Origin: Podarcis vaucheri
Taxonomy: Eukaryota
Assembly (NCBI GenBank): GCA_965113315.1
Contig: OZ220375.1
Direction: 5' to 3' (one strand)
Length of the DNA: 64,000 bases
In this document: in pieces, positions 1-14,009 of the stretch
How the letters are laid out: every line of letters begins with the position of its first letter
Numbering within the stretch: position 1 is the stretch's first letter
Program-made: the position numbers and the translations under genes
Notes under the pieces: generated by a model
The model's input: the letters and a program-made list of their open reading frames with translations, nothing else
Told to the model about the DNA's origin: nothing
The model's database searches: none

Positions 1-54
1 TAACACCAGCAAGCAGCCTGATACAAAATATGATCTTTCCAACTTATGCAATAA

Positions 55-75
55 TTCAGCACCACAGACAGCAGC
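55..75 (+). promoter_or_regulatory. RE1/NRSE-like REST motif in the ASIC intron
   Basis: TTCAGCACCACAGACAGCAGC, 18/21 match to TTCAGCACCACGGACAGCGCC. Confidence 0.5.
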
Positions 76-1651
76 ATTTCATACACCCAGCCTGCCTTGG
101 GAGGCTGTGTCCCCTCTTCCAAGTTCTTTTTGCAAGCTGAATCCTGAAGCTGGGTTGGGTGACTATGACTCAGTTGCAGGAGATCCAAATATTTTCTCTC
201 TTGCTAGCTTGACTATTACCTTTTGTGGGGAAATCACATTTGCTAAGCATTCATACCACAATATTTGGTCACTGGGAAAATGAAATCTTTCCGTTTCCCC
301 AGCATTCAAAGCATGCTTTGTTGCTGCAAATTTAGATCTGACAGTTTGTTCCATCTTCTTTTCCAAACCAGTACAGCTGCATGTTGTGCTGTTTTCCAAT
401 ATAAACTTATCAACCAGCAAGGATTTTACTAGTTCATTACAATATACGCTTTATCAGGCAATGGGGTCTGAAAAGCTCAAAAATCTCAGATCCTGACAGA
501 TGCTGTCCCCCAAACCCTCCTGGTTTTGCACCACTTTCACCTGCCTTGCTGCTCATACCCACCTAGGCGACTCAGAGAGCCGGTATCAAACCAAAGGATG
601 CTGCCTAATACTGAGTCAGACCGATATGCCCTCTTGCTTAGTATTGTTGACACTTAGCACTTAGCAGCAGTTCTCCATGATTTCAGACAGGTTGCATTCC
701 CAGCCCTACCTGGATATCCTGGGGACCGTCTGCCTGCAAAGCAGATGCTCTACCACTGAGTTAAAGCCCTTCCCCAGTAACTGGAAACCCTATTCTGAGC
801 ATTGGTTTAGGAGAGTCATGAACAAGTTACCAAACCAGTAAGGCTACCACTAGCAACTGGAACCTCTGGGAGGCTAAGGAAGAGAAGTCACCATCAGTGT
901 CCTCCCTGGGGCTTCCCTTTTTCTACTGCCAGCCTCCTTTGGAGGACAGATGAAGAGACCAACGCTGATTTATCTAGTGGCCTGGTAATAAGACGTTACT
1001 CCCTCTGTTTACTGTCGGTTAAGTCCAGAGCAAAATGAAAGCTATGCATTAAGTGTAGGTTATTTATTTGTTATATATAATTTATTCTGTATTTGTTGAA
1101 TTGTTGGGTTTTTTCCTATTTGAAGACACTGCTGTGTTTTGTCAGTGGGTGTGTCCCCCCCCAAAAAAAAATTGTATTTTGATGGTAATTGTGGATGTTT
1201 GTGGTAAGCTGCTGTGGGCACGGCACACTGTGGGAAAGCAGCATGTGAATAGAAAAAAAAAAAAAACCTAAGTAGTTTCAGCAGGAAAGGAGAAGAGAAT
1301 TGAAGTGAATTAGAAAAATCAGCACAGCAGCCAACTCCTGCTATTCAAACCCATTAGGGATGTTGGCTGGGTATTGGTAAGTGCTTGGAACGATCTAGTT
1401 TGGTTCAGTGAATTTCACTAAATTAGTTCAAAAATATCTGAACTACCCATGAAAGTAGTTCCCATAGCTGCTGCATGAACTGAATGTGAATTAAGTTTGG
1501 GGGTAAAATGATGACCAATTTCTTATTCATCTTCAAATTAATTCTCTTGCATGTGGTGTGTGTGTGTTTTTTGTATGTTTTTAGACTCTTTGGGCCTTTA
1601 CAGCCGAAAGATCATAATTGTTGGAAGGGGGCCTAAATTAAGCAACCCACA

Positions 1652-1654
<3 letters not shown>

Positions 1655-1686
<32 letters not shown>
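1655..1686. repeat. (GT)n microsatellite
   Basis: Direct observation. Confidence 0.95.
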
Positions 1687-1689
<3 letters not shown>

Positions 1690-4600
1690 AATGTTCTCTT
1701 ACTTTATACTCCAGGATAACACCTTGTCACATTCTAAATGCTGAGAATTTTTTTGCAAAGCTCATTTGGGCAAACATTTGAATTGAAATGTGAGCCAAAC
1801 TTGTTTGTTTTCTAAAGGGTCAAACTATTATTCTATGAGTCTACAAACTGGAATTAGTTGAGGGTTTTTCCATATTGAAACAGAACCAGTTCCTTTAAAA
1901 AAGAAGAAGAGCTCCCCAAGTTCTGGTACTGGTGGTGCTGGCCAAAGGTGCAACTCCACTTTAGTGGCAGCACTCAGCCTCTTTTCCTTTGCTTATCCTG
2001 ACAGAAAGCTGCCTCTGCTGGCTGGTTGAAGGGGCAGCTGCATTTCGTGACATGCCAGATGCCTCGTTTAGATCTTCTTCCTGCTTCCAGGCCATCAGCC
2101 TGATAAGTACAGGCTGGGACACAACACTTGGAAGAGCCTGTCAGTGGGGTTGATGTGGTGGAGAAGGGGTGTCTCAGGCTGCATTAGAGAGAAGACTCCC
2201 TCCCGGGCATGCCATCCTTTCTGCTGCAAACCCACCTCCTTCGGCTCCCTGTCAAGGAGATAGCAACTTGGATTTCAGAAATAGCCTTGCTGTTTTGCTT
2301 ATGGGTAGTTTTTTGTTGTTTTTTTTAGAAAAAAAGGATGTGGGTATCCTGCATAGTAGGCCCTGCCCACCCCCTGCCAACAGCTATTATGAACCCCTCC
2401 CCTGTCCCAGTGGTCCACAAGATCCAGCCCCCTGCAGCTCCCTACAATTCTATCAGGGTGTTCAAATGTCAAGACTGCCTTCAAGCCATTAAGACGTAAA
2501 GCAGTTAATAATACTCACTTATGTATTCAAGCTTCGCAAGCCCAAGAACGACATACAAATTCAGGCAGCCAGGAGGACTAATAACTATGATACCCACCCA
2601 TCAATGTGCACACTGACAGGGAACAGAACCAATATTTCAGCCCCACAGCGCCAAGCTGCCTGGAAGCTGTACATCAGGCGGTACTCAGATGCATTTTAAT
2701 TCCTAGCCTTTTGGCATAAGCCTGTTTGCGGTGGCGGTGGGGGGGGGTGTTTTGTTATTGTTAAGTGGTTCTGTATAGCTCATGAGCAGCCAAGAGCCTA
2801 GATAGAAGTTGGCTTTATGTATGCAAAAGTATACTGAAATGATAGTACACAGAGACGGAGCATAAGGCAAGGCAAATGGGCTTCCTAACAGAGTGTCTAC
2901 ATGGAGACTTCGTGGATGGGTTTCATTTGACACTCAGAACCTTCTTATATTCATGGAGGATAAACTATCAATGGCTATTAGTCATGACGGCTATATACTA
3001 CCTCCAGAATCAGAGGCAGCATTCCTCTTGATACAGGTTACCAGGGAGAGGACAGGATGCTGTGCTAGACAAACCTTTCGACTCATGCAGCTGGGCTCTT
3101 ACGTACTTATAGTAATAATTACACGAGAGCATAATAATACATGATGTTATTAAAATGCATAATACCATACATAATCTCTTATGTACTTAAAAGGCATAAT
3201 TATTGTTCTGTACTTATTGTGCTCTTATGCACTGATTATGCTGTTATGTACATATGGTCTTAGGTACTTAGACCACATAAGGCTGATTGTTAAAAACACA
3301 GAATGCTTAGGGATAAGAAACTCATAGGGTGGTTAATGAGTAGGAAAACCAAATTACATTAATGTCTGTGAGTGAACTGGGGATTTTAATGTACATTAAC
3401 ATTTGTGGCCACAGAACTTTTGTGCACAAATGAATGTGAGGTACCTGATATCTTGTGTAGAAACAAGATGCAGGCAAGTGTCCAATAATACACCAACCAC
3501 AATTATACTGGGCAAACTCTGTGGGTCTCTTGATTCACGCTCAAGACATGGAAACCCTGGCTTTACAGCCGTGGAAGAGAGCTCATGGTGAAAGGACACC
3601 AATTTTTATTTTATTTTTTTGGGAGGGGGAGAGAAGAGCTGTGAAATGTCACTGCCTTGGGCCCATGCACATTGCCGAGCCTTCTCCTCGCAAAGGTTGC
3701 CATGGAAACACACCTCACCCATATCTAGGCCTGAACTTGTGCTCCCGGCGTCCTATTAAGCCTTCCCTTGGGGTTTGGTAGCCTGGGAAATTAATTCCTG
3801 CATCTGAGGGGAAGCTCGGGGCTGCTGAAAAGGTTACAGTAACCAGCTGAGATTGGTTGGTAGTGTGGTGCCCATTTGCTTGATTTCTAAAATGGAAGGC
3901 CCACAAATTTAAATTCCACAGAGAAACTGGATTCTTTTCACATAGGAACACAGGAAACTGTTTTACACTGAGTCGCATCTTTGGTCCATGTAGCGCACTA
4001 CTGCCTACACTGACTGGCAGCATCTCTACAGGGTTTCAAGCAAGGAACCCTCCCAGATGCTCTGGGAGGAAGCAAGGAACTCTCAAAGCAGATGCTCTGT
4101 CACTGAGTTGCAGACTTTCATCTTGACATCTTCTTCCAAATTTTCAGGGGGTTGGGTGCTTACTTATTAATAAAAACAAGATACAATAAGCGCATACCAG
4201 AAAGGTGCTATTTGTTGCCTTATGAAGTTGCAGGCTGAGCTCTGGGATCAAAAACAAAAACATGGAGGAAACTCAGGAGTTGTTTTCTGCAACTCTGTCC
4301 AGGAAACATGCCCTGATGGACTCATGCCAGGAAGAGGGGGAAATAGGTGGAAACTGAATGCCTTAAAAACAGCCTGAAACAGCAACATGTCAGGGCCTTG
4401 ATGGAGCAAATTATGACAGTAACAGAGGCAAGAGGAGACAATGGTTCACGGTGACTGGACCAGCTGGCACCAAACGGATCAGATGTTATTAGCATATGTA
4501 AACACCAGTTAGCACAGAAATATTTGCATATGCCAACTCCCCCAACCCAACCCAAGAGAGGATTAAGCTGTATGATCATTTAGATGGAAATGACTTGTAA

Positions 4601-5799
4601 AGTAAACAGATCTTGGTCCGTGTGGATTTGAAGCGTCTTGATACTCCATAGTTAAGCTGTATGAAGCTGTGCCATAATTGCTAGCTCAAAGTAAATGGAT
4701 TCAGCTTTGAACTGTGAGTGCTAATCCATCCAGGGCAAGTGACCTCTCCAAGCTTCTCTCTTTTTAAGGATCACAGTGCTGAAAGGGACCAAAAGATAAT
4801 CAAGTCCAAACCCTTAGCATGAATATTCACACACTATCTACCACACTGAAGGCAGAGGCTACAGGATGCCACCAGCAGAGAACTGTTGCACCACACAGAT
4901 TCTCGAGTGAATGAACCAATCTATGTAGTACTGGAAAAAGTAAAAGTAAGACAGAGCCATTTAATTCAAAGCAAGTAAGCTAAACCACATTGTATATAAG
5001 AAGTTAATCCCCCCCCAAAAAAAACCTGTTCCTCTTCTCATACCCTCTCTCATGATATAATGGCTAGTTCCATGGAAACTTGTTGTGATCAACACTGCAT
5101 CTATGTGCTCAGAGGCACACTTCTCTCCAGCTGACCAGCATGTGCTGAGAAAACTGCCCCACAAAATTATTGCAAAAAGGATTTATTAGATGTTGGCTTC
5201 TGTGGGGAGGCATTTTTGTGAATGGATATTCTTGCTGGCTGGCAGCAAAGTAAATTCAGAGTACGGGGTCAAACTCCTTATTCATATAAATAAAAGTTGC
5301 ACAACATGTATTTCCACCTTCTACCCTCCCCAAATCTAGCCACTACTTTCCCCATCATTGTTCCATTTGCGGGAGGGGACAGGCACCAACCTAGAGAAGT
5401 ACATTCTCCCTCTGCCCTCAGCCTGGGATACAGTGTGGAAAAGAAATTAATGGTCTATATTGCCCTTTGGGCAGGTGATAGGAGATGAGAATAGCAGACT
5501 GTTAATTCATGACTATTGAACCTTACTGTAATGCAACCTTCTCTTTGGCTTCTTGCAAATGTCAAGAGAAGGGTGACACAAGAACCAATCTGTGGGCACT
5601 GTGCTGAGGCAGAGCACACAAGGGTCCTTCAGCCAAATCAAAGCCTTTCTGTGAGATGCATGGGAGGGGCCCATATTCATGTCCAGATCCTGTCAAATAG
5701 AACATTCTTTTAAAATCTCTTCTCCAGCACTTGCAAAAAAAAAAATGCTTTGCAATCCTTGTATCAATGATGCTCACTATGAACCTGTTATCACATCCA

Positions 5800-5944
5800 T
5801 CTAGAATAGGTCAGTTGGTAGAGCATGAGACTCTTAATCTCAGGGTTGTGGGTTCAAGCCCCATGTTGGGCAAAAGATTCCTTCATTGCAGGGTGTTGGA
5901 TTAGATGACCCCCATGGTCCCTTCAAACTATATGAGTCTATGAT
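5800..5944 (+). mobile_element. tRNA-Lys(CTT)-derived SINE with CR1-type 3' tail (lacertid POM/P.s.1-like)
   Basis: Head tcagttggtagagcatgagactcttaatctcagggttgtgggttcaagccccatgttgggc is a CpG-decayed tRNA-Lys; tail gttggattagatgacc...ggtcccttcaaacta...tctatgat resembles the CR1 3' end. Confidence 0.85.
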
Positions 5945-7066
5945 AGATGGGAAATCAAGTCCAAGAAAGAATCTGACTTGCATAGGTAATGTCTGATTAA
6001 ATATCAGAAGGTAAGGATGAACTATTCATATTTGCCAAGCTGAGAAAGAGTCCATGAGGTAAGTAGAACTACTAATCACAAAGAGACCATGCTAGTTCTA
6101 GTGTATATATTTTATTTTTTGCTTAAGTCTCGACCCAGTTGACCCTGGTGACTGAGAAGAGAAATATTTTTCTGCTGAAGTGATCATGGGAAGGAGTAAT
6201 GTCACCTCCAGACAACTATTCTATACTGACACATTATCTTCTCTACCCTGTCCTCGTTTGACTCCACCCAGTCCTTTGTTTCTGTTCTTGCCATCTGTCC
6301 TCCTCTCCATATTTCTTTTAATGGAAATTAGTTGCACTACGATGGGCTACCATCCTGCATGCTCTTTAGAATAAGCTATAGTGCTATATCACCCTGGCTG
6401 GGATTCAGCAAGATTAAGCTCCAATTTGTAAAGCTTCCCAAAGTTATGGAGAAATGCCCCCCTCTTTCCAGAAAAAATATGTTTTATTTGGAGTTTGTGA
6501 GGTCTTCCTGCCTTGTCCCCAACCCCATGAGGTTCACTCCCCACTCTCCTCCACCTGCCGCTGAAAGGTTGGAATCCTGCATCCAAATGTTTTATCTTCT
6601 CCACCCCTGTTAATTGTCAGCACGCCAGGTTGCAAGAGGCTTTCACACAATTACTGCGCACCCCCTCTTTTTTCAATCTGGAAGGTAGCTGCATTATGGT
6701 GCAATGCCTGCTCCCAGAGAGCTTGACCCACAGAATGGCTCCCAGAGCATGCTGGAGAGAGGAGGAAAGCAAGTGAATGATGAGGGTGAGAGTGAATTAG
6801 TCAGCATGGACAAGAGAGATGAAAAAGCAACTAGCGGGAAGGACCAATGGAGCACGTGTGTGTGTGAGAGAGAGAGCATACGGACATACGCACGTGCGCC
6901 TACTCCTGCCTCTTTTTAAAAAACAATTTTAACTGAGTAAATTGCCAGGATGCCCTAGCACAAACTTCTCTCCCTTTCCCACTCCTTCAAGTGTAGTCAG
7001 CTGTGTACCACCGTTACACTTTTAAACAGCTATAAAGGCTATGATTGCTGTGCTAAACCTTTGCTT

Positions 7067-7195
7067 GTTTCCATCCCCCAAAAAAAGAATGGCAGTATTC
7101 AGCATCACCGTGAAGTACACCACAAAGAAGCAAAATTAGTTCAGCACATTGCCAGGGCTATAGCACAACAAAAGCAGAACCCACACCCTCCCAAA
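7067..7195 (+). repeat. 129-bp exact direct repeat, copy 1
   Basis: Identical to 8467-8595. Confidence 0.95.
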
Positions 7196-8466
7196 AAATA
7201 ATTAATCAGAATGTTTGTGGTACAAAATCTTACAGGTTTCCTGCAAAAAGCTACAGACCATGCATGGCTTGTGACAGATGCTATGAGACCATCCAGAAAG
7301 GTATTGAAGGTGCAAATTGACTTGGAACATGGGAGCACATATGACCATCCTGATACCCTGAAGAGTCATCTTGTGCATTAACAGTCCTATGCAGAAGGAC
7401 CCTGTTACTGTTTGCAGAGTCAGCTGTGGTCATTAAAGGGCAAGAACAGTTCATTATGATAGAAAATAGTGGTTTCAATGAACACGATGCCCTCTTTCCA
7501 CCCTCTGCAAGGAGCTACACAAGCATAAATAGCAGGCATCTTGGCTGTCAGGGTGTCCCAAGTGGCATGAATCTTTCAGGGGACCCCGGGCCACTGCCTG
7601 ACAGCCTCCATCTTCCAGCACTACTGTGAGCCAGAAACAATTTTAGCCAGCAATCTGAAATCTACTCTGCACTAGCCAGATTTAATGTGATCGTGGCTCC
7701 TGTTCAATAGCAGAGCTGGAGAATAATGCTAGTCAAATTTGACAACTGAAAAACAGTTTTCAAGTTTGACTTCCTTGGAATTCTAAACATTTTTCAAATT
7801 CTGCTTCTGAAATTTAAGTAGCTCTGGCAAACGGATGCTTGACAGCATTGCCTTTGATTATTTATGTTTTCCAGTAGTATCCCTACAATGATTCTACATC
7901 TTATTTCTTTCTTTTGCTTTAGATGTTATTGAAAATAATTTGAAAAGTAGCTCTCTAGTGTACTTTCCTTAAATACAAAAGGCCACAGTCATTTGGCATG
8001 GTGCTCAAGACGGCTGGAGGATACCATGAAAACCAAAAACTACAATCCCCATCCCCCAATATTTAACAGCTTGCTCTAATAACTGTTCACTTCCCCTACA
8101 ATGGTAGGTATAAACAAAACATTTGTGTCCTACATCTGTTACTTAACAGAATCCATAGAAGGAAAGGTTGAAAAAGATTATCTAGCTAAAAAAATATAAA
8201 TTAAGACTTTTTGTGATGTGATTCTCAAGCAAATTCTTTCCCCCAAATCCCATTCAACTCAATTTAATGACTTCAAGAGTGCTAATGCTGCAAGCATTGG
8301 TCCTGCTGTGACTTGCAAACTAGGGAGTTTCCTGGCTACTACTATTTTGTGGGTGGGATTCAATCACACACCAGCAAATTCAGGTTGCACAATAAAAGTG
8401 GATTTGGTGCTCTTGTGCAACAAACCCACTTCCCTCCCCAGCCCCCCAAAAACTGTACTTTTTGCA

Positions 8467-8595
8467 GTTTCCATCCCCCAAAAAAAGAATGGCAGTATTC
8501 AGCATCACCGTGAAGTACACCACAAAGAAGCAAAATTAGTTCAGCACATTGCCAGGGCTATAGCACAACAAAAGCAGAACCCACACCCTCCCAAA
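8467..8595 (+). repeat. 129-bp exact direct repeat, copy 2
   Basis: Identical to 7067-7195; offset 1400 bp. Confidence 0.95.
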
Positions 8596-9124
8596 TCTTT
8601 TTGCAGCAAGGAAAGGGGCAGGAAAGTGCACTGGAAAGTGTTGGATAACACTTGCTTGTTGAAAGATATAACCTCCTCACAAACAAATCTCAATGAATGC
8701 TCCATAAACAGCCAATATCGTACGGATAACCTCCCACAAACGTTATGCAAACCAATCCAGAATGAATGCTCGACAGGCAGTTAGTTTGGAAGCTGGTGGT
8801 GGTTTCAGGATGGAATAGTGGAAGCACACATACTTCTCAAAATTGAATCTTTCACACTAACCAGTTTTCACACAGTTGTATTAGTTGATGTCACTGGCAC
8901 CTCACAGTCTGAAGGGCTGACACAGTCCTAGAGGTAAATCAGGGAACTGCCTGGGGCACCAGAATAGCCAGGGGCTCTTGTCTCAGCTATGTTAATGTCT
9001 TGGAGACAGAACTGGATTGATCAAGTTTTCTAATGCATGCTTATATGTGAAGTGAATTGTCTAAAGTATGTTAGCTGATGGTGCCTAGAATTTAATCCAA
9101 ATCTGTGGAGTAGAGTGGTATGAT

Positions 9125-9260
9125 CAGTGCTATTTTTCTAGAAAAAGAGTTGCCAGAACTCAGCATAAACGCCTTCCTTGTTCACTTATAATGGCAATGG
9201 TGCCCACTTGAGAGGTGCTGGAACTGAATTCCAGTGAGTTCTGACTGAAAAAAAGCCCTG
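9125..9260. mobile_element. Non-autonomous hAT-type element
   Basis: Ends cagtgctattttt / aaaaaaagccctg; 8-bp target site duplication ggtatgat (9117-9124 and 9261-9268); inverted relative at 28698-28835. Confidence 0.8.
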
Positions 9261-10949
9261 GGTATGATGGTCCAATTATTGAAGTTAAAAACAAAAATAA
9301 CATCCCATGCCCATTTGATGTTTTACGGTTATGCTGCTCAGCCTACAGTAAGTCACAGGGGAGGGGAGGATTTTAATTGACCTAGGGCAACAAAAACCCT
9401 TCAGCTGTCCCTCAGAGTCTATACTCAATAACGCAGCACAGCCTAGCATGATCTTTATGCCTGGTAGTTCCAGCGCATAAAAACGACCGCCTCACATCTT
9501 GCTTCCAAGTCCCTTAGCAACAGTTATTTAGACAAACAATTTGCAACACCTTCTGTCCTGTCCCATCTTGTGAGCCAGATTTCTCTCCCCCACCCCTCTA
9601 AGTCTGCACATGTTGGCACGTTTGAGCAGCTTCATAAAGCCCAGTATTCCTCCACATTAAAAAAAAAACACAGCATGCAGGCTGTGGGTACAGAGTCATT
9701 GTACCATAGCACATACTCACCCTGGTTTTTGTTCAGCAGACACACATACAGTGAGAACTGTACATACATCAAAAAACCTGAGTGTCCTCTGAAAGCCCTG
9801 CTCCTTAATACCAAAGTGGCAGCTCTGTATGCACCTTTGTTTGTACACTGGCGTCAGAAGCCGCAAACACCATAAAGTATGACTTAGAAATGTTTGCAGA
9901 CACACACAGAGGGACATGCACTAGACACGCACCAAGGAGCCCTGATTGCATTCAGCCCCCTTGCCTATGTCCACTTATGTGTCTCTTATCAACATTTTTC
10001 TGAGTTTCACATCTAATGAGTTTCACACTGAACATCAGCATGCATGTGGCAAATCCTCTCAGTGCATTATTTATCAAATAGCCCCAAATGCTACAGATTG
10101 TTTTGGGCTGCAGGAGTGCAGAACAAGCATATAGGCACAATGAGTCTCTGACAACCTGGAGCAAATCTACCTGATAAATAGCTGAACTAGTTCATAAGAC
10201 AAGGAAAAGATCCTCTGGACCTACAAGAAAGCGTCCCTTGAGGAGGTCTCCCGCCTGCCTGACGCCATAGCTGGCATTATCTGCAGCCTGCATTTAAATG
10301 CACTGCAGCAGATCTGCAGTCCTGCCTTCTAATACAGCAAAAGATGAAATCCCAAAGTATTTTCAAAGAAATCTAGCCGTTAGAGACCAGTTTTGCTGGT
10401 TTGGATCTGTTACGTTCCAGTGCTTAATTTGATGTCATGCTCAAGGATGGGCAATAGCATATCATGATATAGACAACAGCTGTAATTTTCCCCATGACTA
10501 TATATCATAGCTGGTGATGCCACCTTACTCCTGTAGCATGTAGCTGGGCTCACTTGCCAGAGTCACTTACTTTGCAGACTGTACCTGCTCTCCCTGTTTG
10601 AGGTACACTTTGGCCTCCATAAGCTGTTATGTGGATGGATACTCCTGTTTTTGTGTGCTAGGAGCTACCTAAATAACATCCTGAGGCCTTAAAATTTCCG
10701 CACTGCATTTCATGCAGCTCCACAGTAATACTTTAATTCACCAAAGAGCAAAAAGATCTTAAATCCATCATTCCTCCCCTTGTTTCAGTCCATGTGCTGA
10801 TTCCTTAGAAGAACCTATACTCCAAGCCATGTTATCGGTTCTACACAGTGAGTGGCTATTGTTACATGTGCTTGATATCTGGAAAGGCACAGATCTCTTC
10901 ACTTAAAAGGAAAGGGCGACTGCTTGACTTCATTGCTATAGTTACTATG

Positions 10950-10951
<2 letters not shown>

Positions 10952-10993
<42 letters not shown>
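10952..10993. repeat. (GT)n microsatellite
   Basis: Direct observation. Confidence 0.95.
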
Positions 10994-10995
<2 letters not shown>

Positions 10996-13872
10996 CACAA
11001 CAAACAGTCTTAAAATACACTTCTTTTCCTTTTCTCCCACTTTTTTGCAACTTAGTCTGCAATATATCAAAAAGGAGACCATTGAAGTTTGCTGAGAATC
11101 TTGTCACATTCATCACAATCTCTTCCTCACCCACCTCAACCTGAAGTTTGATCTGACATGTCTAAATCTCAATTGAAACGTTCGGTTTGAAATTGTGTCA
11201 CAGAAAAGTACTTTTTATTTAACATATTTGATCCAATATACAGAACTATGAGAATACGGTATTCCAATACTCTCCAGGCACAAAGTACTCATCTTCCAAG
11301 CCACATTGCAATTACTTGACAATCAATGTCCCCATCACTGATCGCAAATAATCCTGCTTCTATCTTGTACTTTTTTCTTCACTACTAAGTATTCACTTCC
11401 CCTACACAAGACTACGTGGTCAGGCTTCACAATAAAAGGGCATGGATCACAATCATTTAGCATCTACCTGAACATGTTGAAAACAAAGAAGGCTTTGTTT
11501 TTACCCCACTAAAAAAATGGACTGGCAGGAACTGAGGCTGCTTATGTAGGAAATAGATTTGTCCATCCTTAGGGGGGAGGAGTCGCACTTCTATCAGTTT
11601 CTCAATTTCTCATTTTTCCAACCTTAAGTTCTGTTTGCCCTGTTTCCACACACTTTTTGCTCCTGGCCCCAATCATCACTGGCATGTGGCCCCCAGAAGG
11701 GAATGTGGCCTTTAGGCTGGAAAAGGCTCCTCAGCCCTATCTGATTGGTTCAGGAAATGTGAATTAGGTAGGCTTGCATTAAAATGTGAACTGAATGAAT
11801 TTCTTCCTCATCCCTATTCTAGATGGGAGGAGCTGCAGCAGATCTAGCTTCTAAGAGCTGAGTTATAGCGCAGCTCCAAACTTAAAATGTATGGTGTGGA
11901 GGTGACCTTTATCTGGTCCTTACTTCAGCTTGACAGGAGACGGGACTGACACAGCCCCCGCAAATCAATCCGAGCCAGATGAAAGGAAAGTGTGCTGCCC
12001 ACAGAAAGAGTCTGCAAAGCAAACAGTCCCCAGTGTCACCAGCTAGGAAGCCTAGCCACAGAGGACACTCGTCACTAAACAGATTCAAAGTCACTAATCT
12101 GAACAGGGGTGGTGGTAGTAGGCTATTTTCTGACACCATATAAATGTATGATCAATCAGATCATGAATGGGAAAGAAAAAACAATATGCAAGGCTACATT
12201 ATATGAGGCTGTGTACACGCCATACCTTTAAAGCATATTCAAAGCTCATTCTTTCCTTCAAAGAATTCTGGGCACTGTGGTTTGCTAAAAGTTGCTGGGA
12301 GTTGTAACTCTGCTACCTATATTGGATGCAAGTCTCAAGGGTCAATGCAAATCAACCTTAGAAAAACCCAAACACCAATGGGTTTGTCCTCACGATAGGC
12401 TTTCTGGGTCTGACGTGTCTCCCACAAGAGGAGGGCAATCCCTACCTAGGAGCTCACACGCAAAAGGCACCTGCCTTTCTGTTCGACACCTTCAAGGACA
12501 TGCTGCTGCTGCTGCTGCTGCCAGGAATAGAGTCCATCAAATATTCATAAAGCCCAGCTCCACTCCCAAGCCAACTTCGGCAATCAGGATTGACCCAGAA
12601 TAGATTCACAGGCAGCAACCTTGTCTTCCTCTCAGCAGATAAACTACACACACTTTCTCAACCCAGTGCCAGGTTTGACCTCCAGGAGATTCTTTTGAAG
12701 ACAGCTCCAGTCCACAAGTAAAGGTTTAGGACATCACGCCACCTGGACTGGGAACTGTGGTTAATCTGAACTATGATTAGGTCCAAACAAGCTAACTTCA
12801 AACCACAATTGCTGAAGCTGTTATACAGGCAACTTTCATTTTGCACGTGTTTAAAGCATGCATGGTCATACATGTGTGTGCCATTTGCAGTGTACATTGT
12901 ACATGGTTCTCCCTTCATTTTATCCTCACATTGTGAGATAGGCTAAGCTGAAAACCAGTGATAAGACCCAGTGAGCTCCATGGGTGTGGGCATTCAAACC
13001 CTAGTCTCCCAGGTCCTAATCTGACACGCTAACCATTACACCACACTGAGTTCCTCCCCAGAGCAAACAGAAACATGGTGGACAGTATTCAGGATCAGCA
13101 GCACCCCCACCCACCCAAGGTTGCTATTTACCAAAAAGAAGAAACAAAGACACGTGCCTATCACAGTATTAACATATCTAATTTGTCATTTAATACTTTA
13201 TTTTATAGTTGAGGCAAATTTTAGCTCTGGAGTACATCCTAATGGGAGGGGCTCATTCAAAGGATATGTTTCTCTTTGGAGTGTGGAAGAAATAAGATTC
13301 ATGGCCTTGAAGGCACATCAGGCAGCAGGGCTGATCAACATCAGGGACCCAGTGTATGTTGCCCTGAGCCCCATCACAGAAGAAGAGTGTGATACAAATT
13401 AAATAAATAGATTGCTCTTCCAGACAACCTGTTAATTGAGCATTCACCCTGATTTGGTTGCTGAGAGGTTTGACAACCTGATATTGAATGAGCATTCATC
13501 CTGATTTGCCCTTGTGTTAAGCAAGTGTTATCTCACACTTTCCAATGCTTTCCCCCTTCACTTCCCTTATCACAAAAAGCCTGATTTTTTAGAGAAGCAG
13601 GTTTGTTGCACAAGGTTTCCAAATCAGCTTTAATTGCAAGACCTGTATTTACTAGGATATAACTGAATCCCACCCCAAAACAGCGACAGCCTGGAAGCAC
13701 CCCAAGTTAAGCCAGTAAATTAAATAAAGTCACTAGGCTTTGAGTGTGCTGTCGCTTGCACAAGACTTACTTCATAATAAGCATGTTTAGGATTTACTGT
13801 GCCCATTAAGTAGATATGAGTGTTGTTTTTTATATGCATTGGAGGGCAAAACTATCCCCAGTCCACCTATAC

Positions 13873-14009
13873 CAGGCTTCCTCAACCTCGGCCCTCCAGG
13901 TGTTTTGAGACTACAATTCCCATCATCCCTGACCACTGGTCCTGCTAGCTAGGGATCATGGGAGTTGTAGGCCAAAAAATATCTGGAGGGCCGAGGTTGA
14001 GGAAGTCTG
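13873..14009. mobile_element. Palindromic hAT-type MITE (137 bp)
   Basis: Long terminal inverted repeats caggcttcctcaacctcggccctccag / ctggagggccgaggttgaggaagtctg; 8-bp target site duplication acctatac on both sides. Confidence 0.9.

Noticed and set aside
3101-3400. Mitochondrial control-region NUMT
   Set aside because: TACAT/ATGTA motifs are present, but no flanking mitochondrial tRNA or conserved sequence blocks were recognised; palindromic symmetry explains it better. BLAST to the mitogenome would settle it
5800-5872. tRNA-Lys(CTT) gene
   Set aside because: Acceptor stem is degraded, CpGs are decayed, and it continues directly into a CR1-like tail, so it is a SINE head
7067-8595. LTR retroelement or TRIM bounded by the 129-bp repeats
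   Set aside because: No TG..CA termini on both copies, no target site duplication, and no primer binding site or polypurine tract recognised
8218-8784. 188-aa plus-strand ORF
   Set aside because: GTG start, no recognisable domain, no splice support; consistent with a chance ORF
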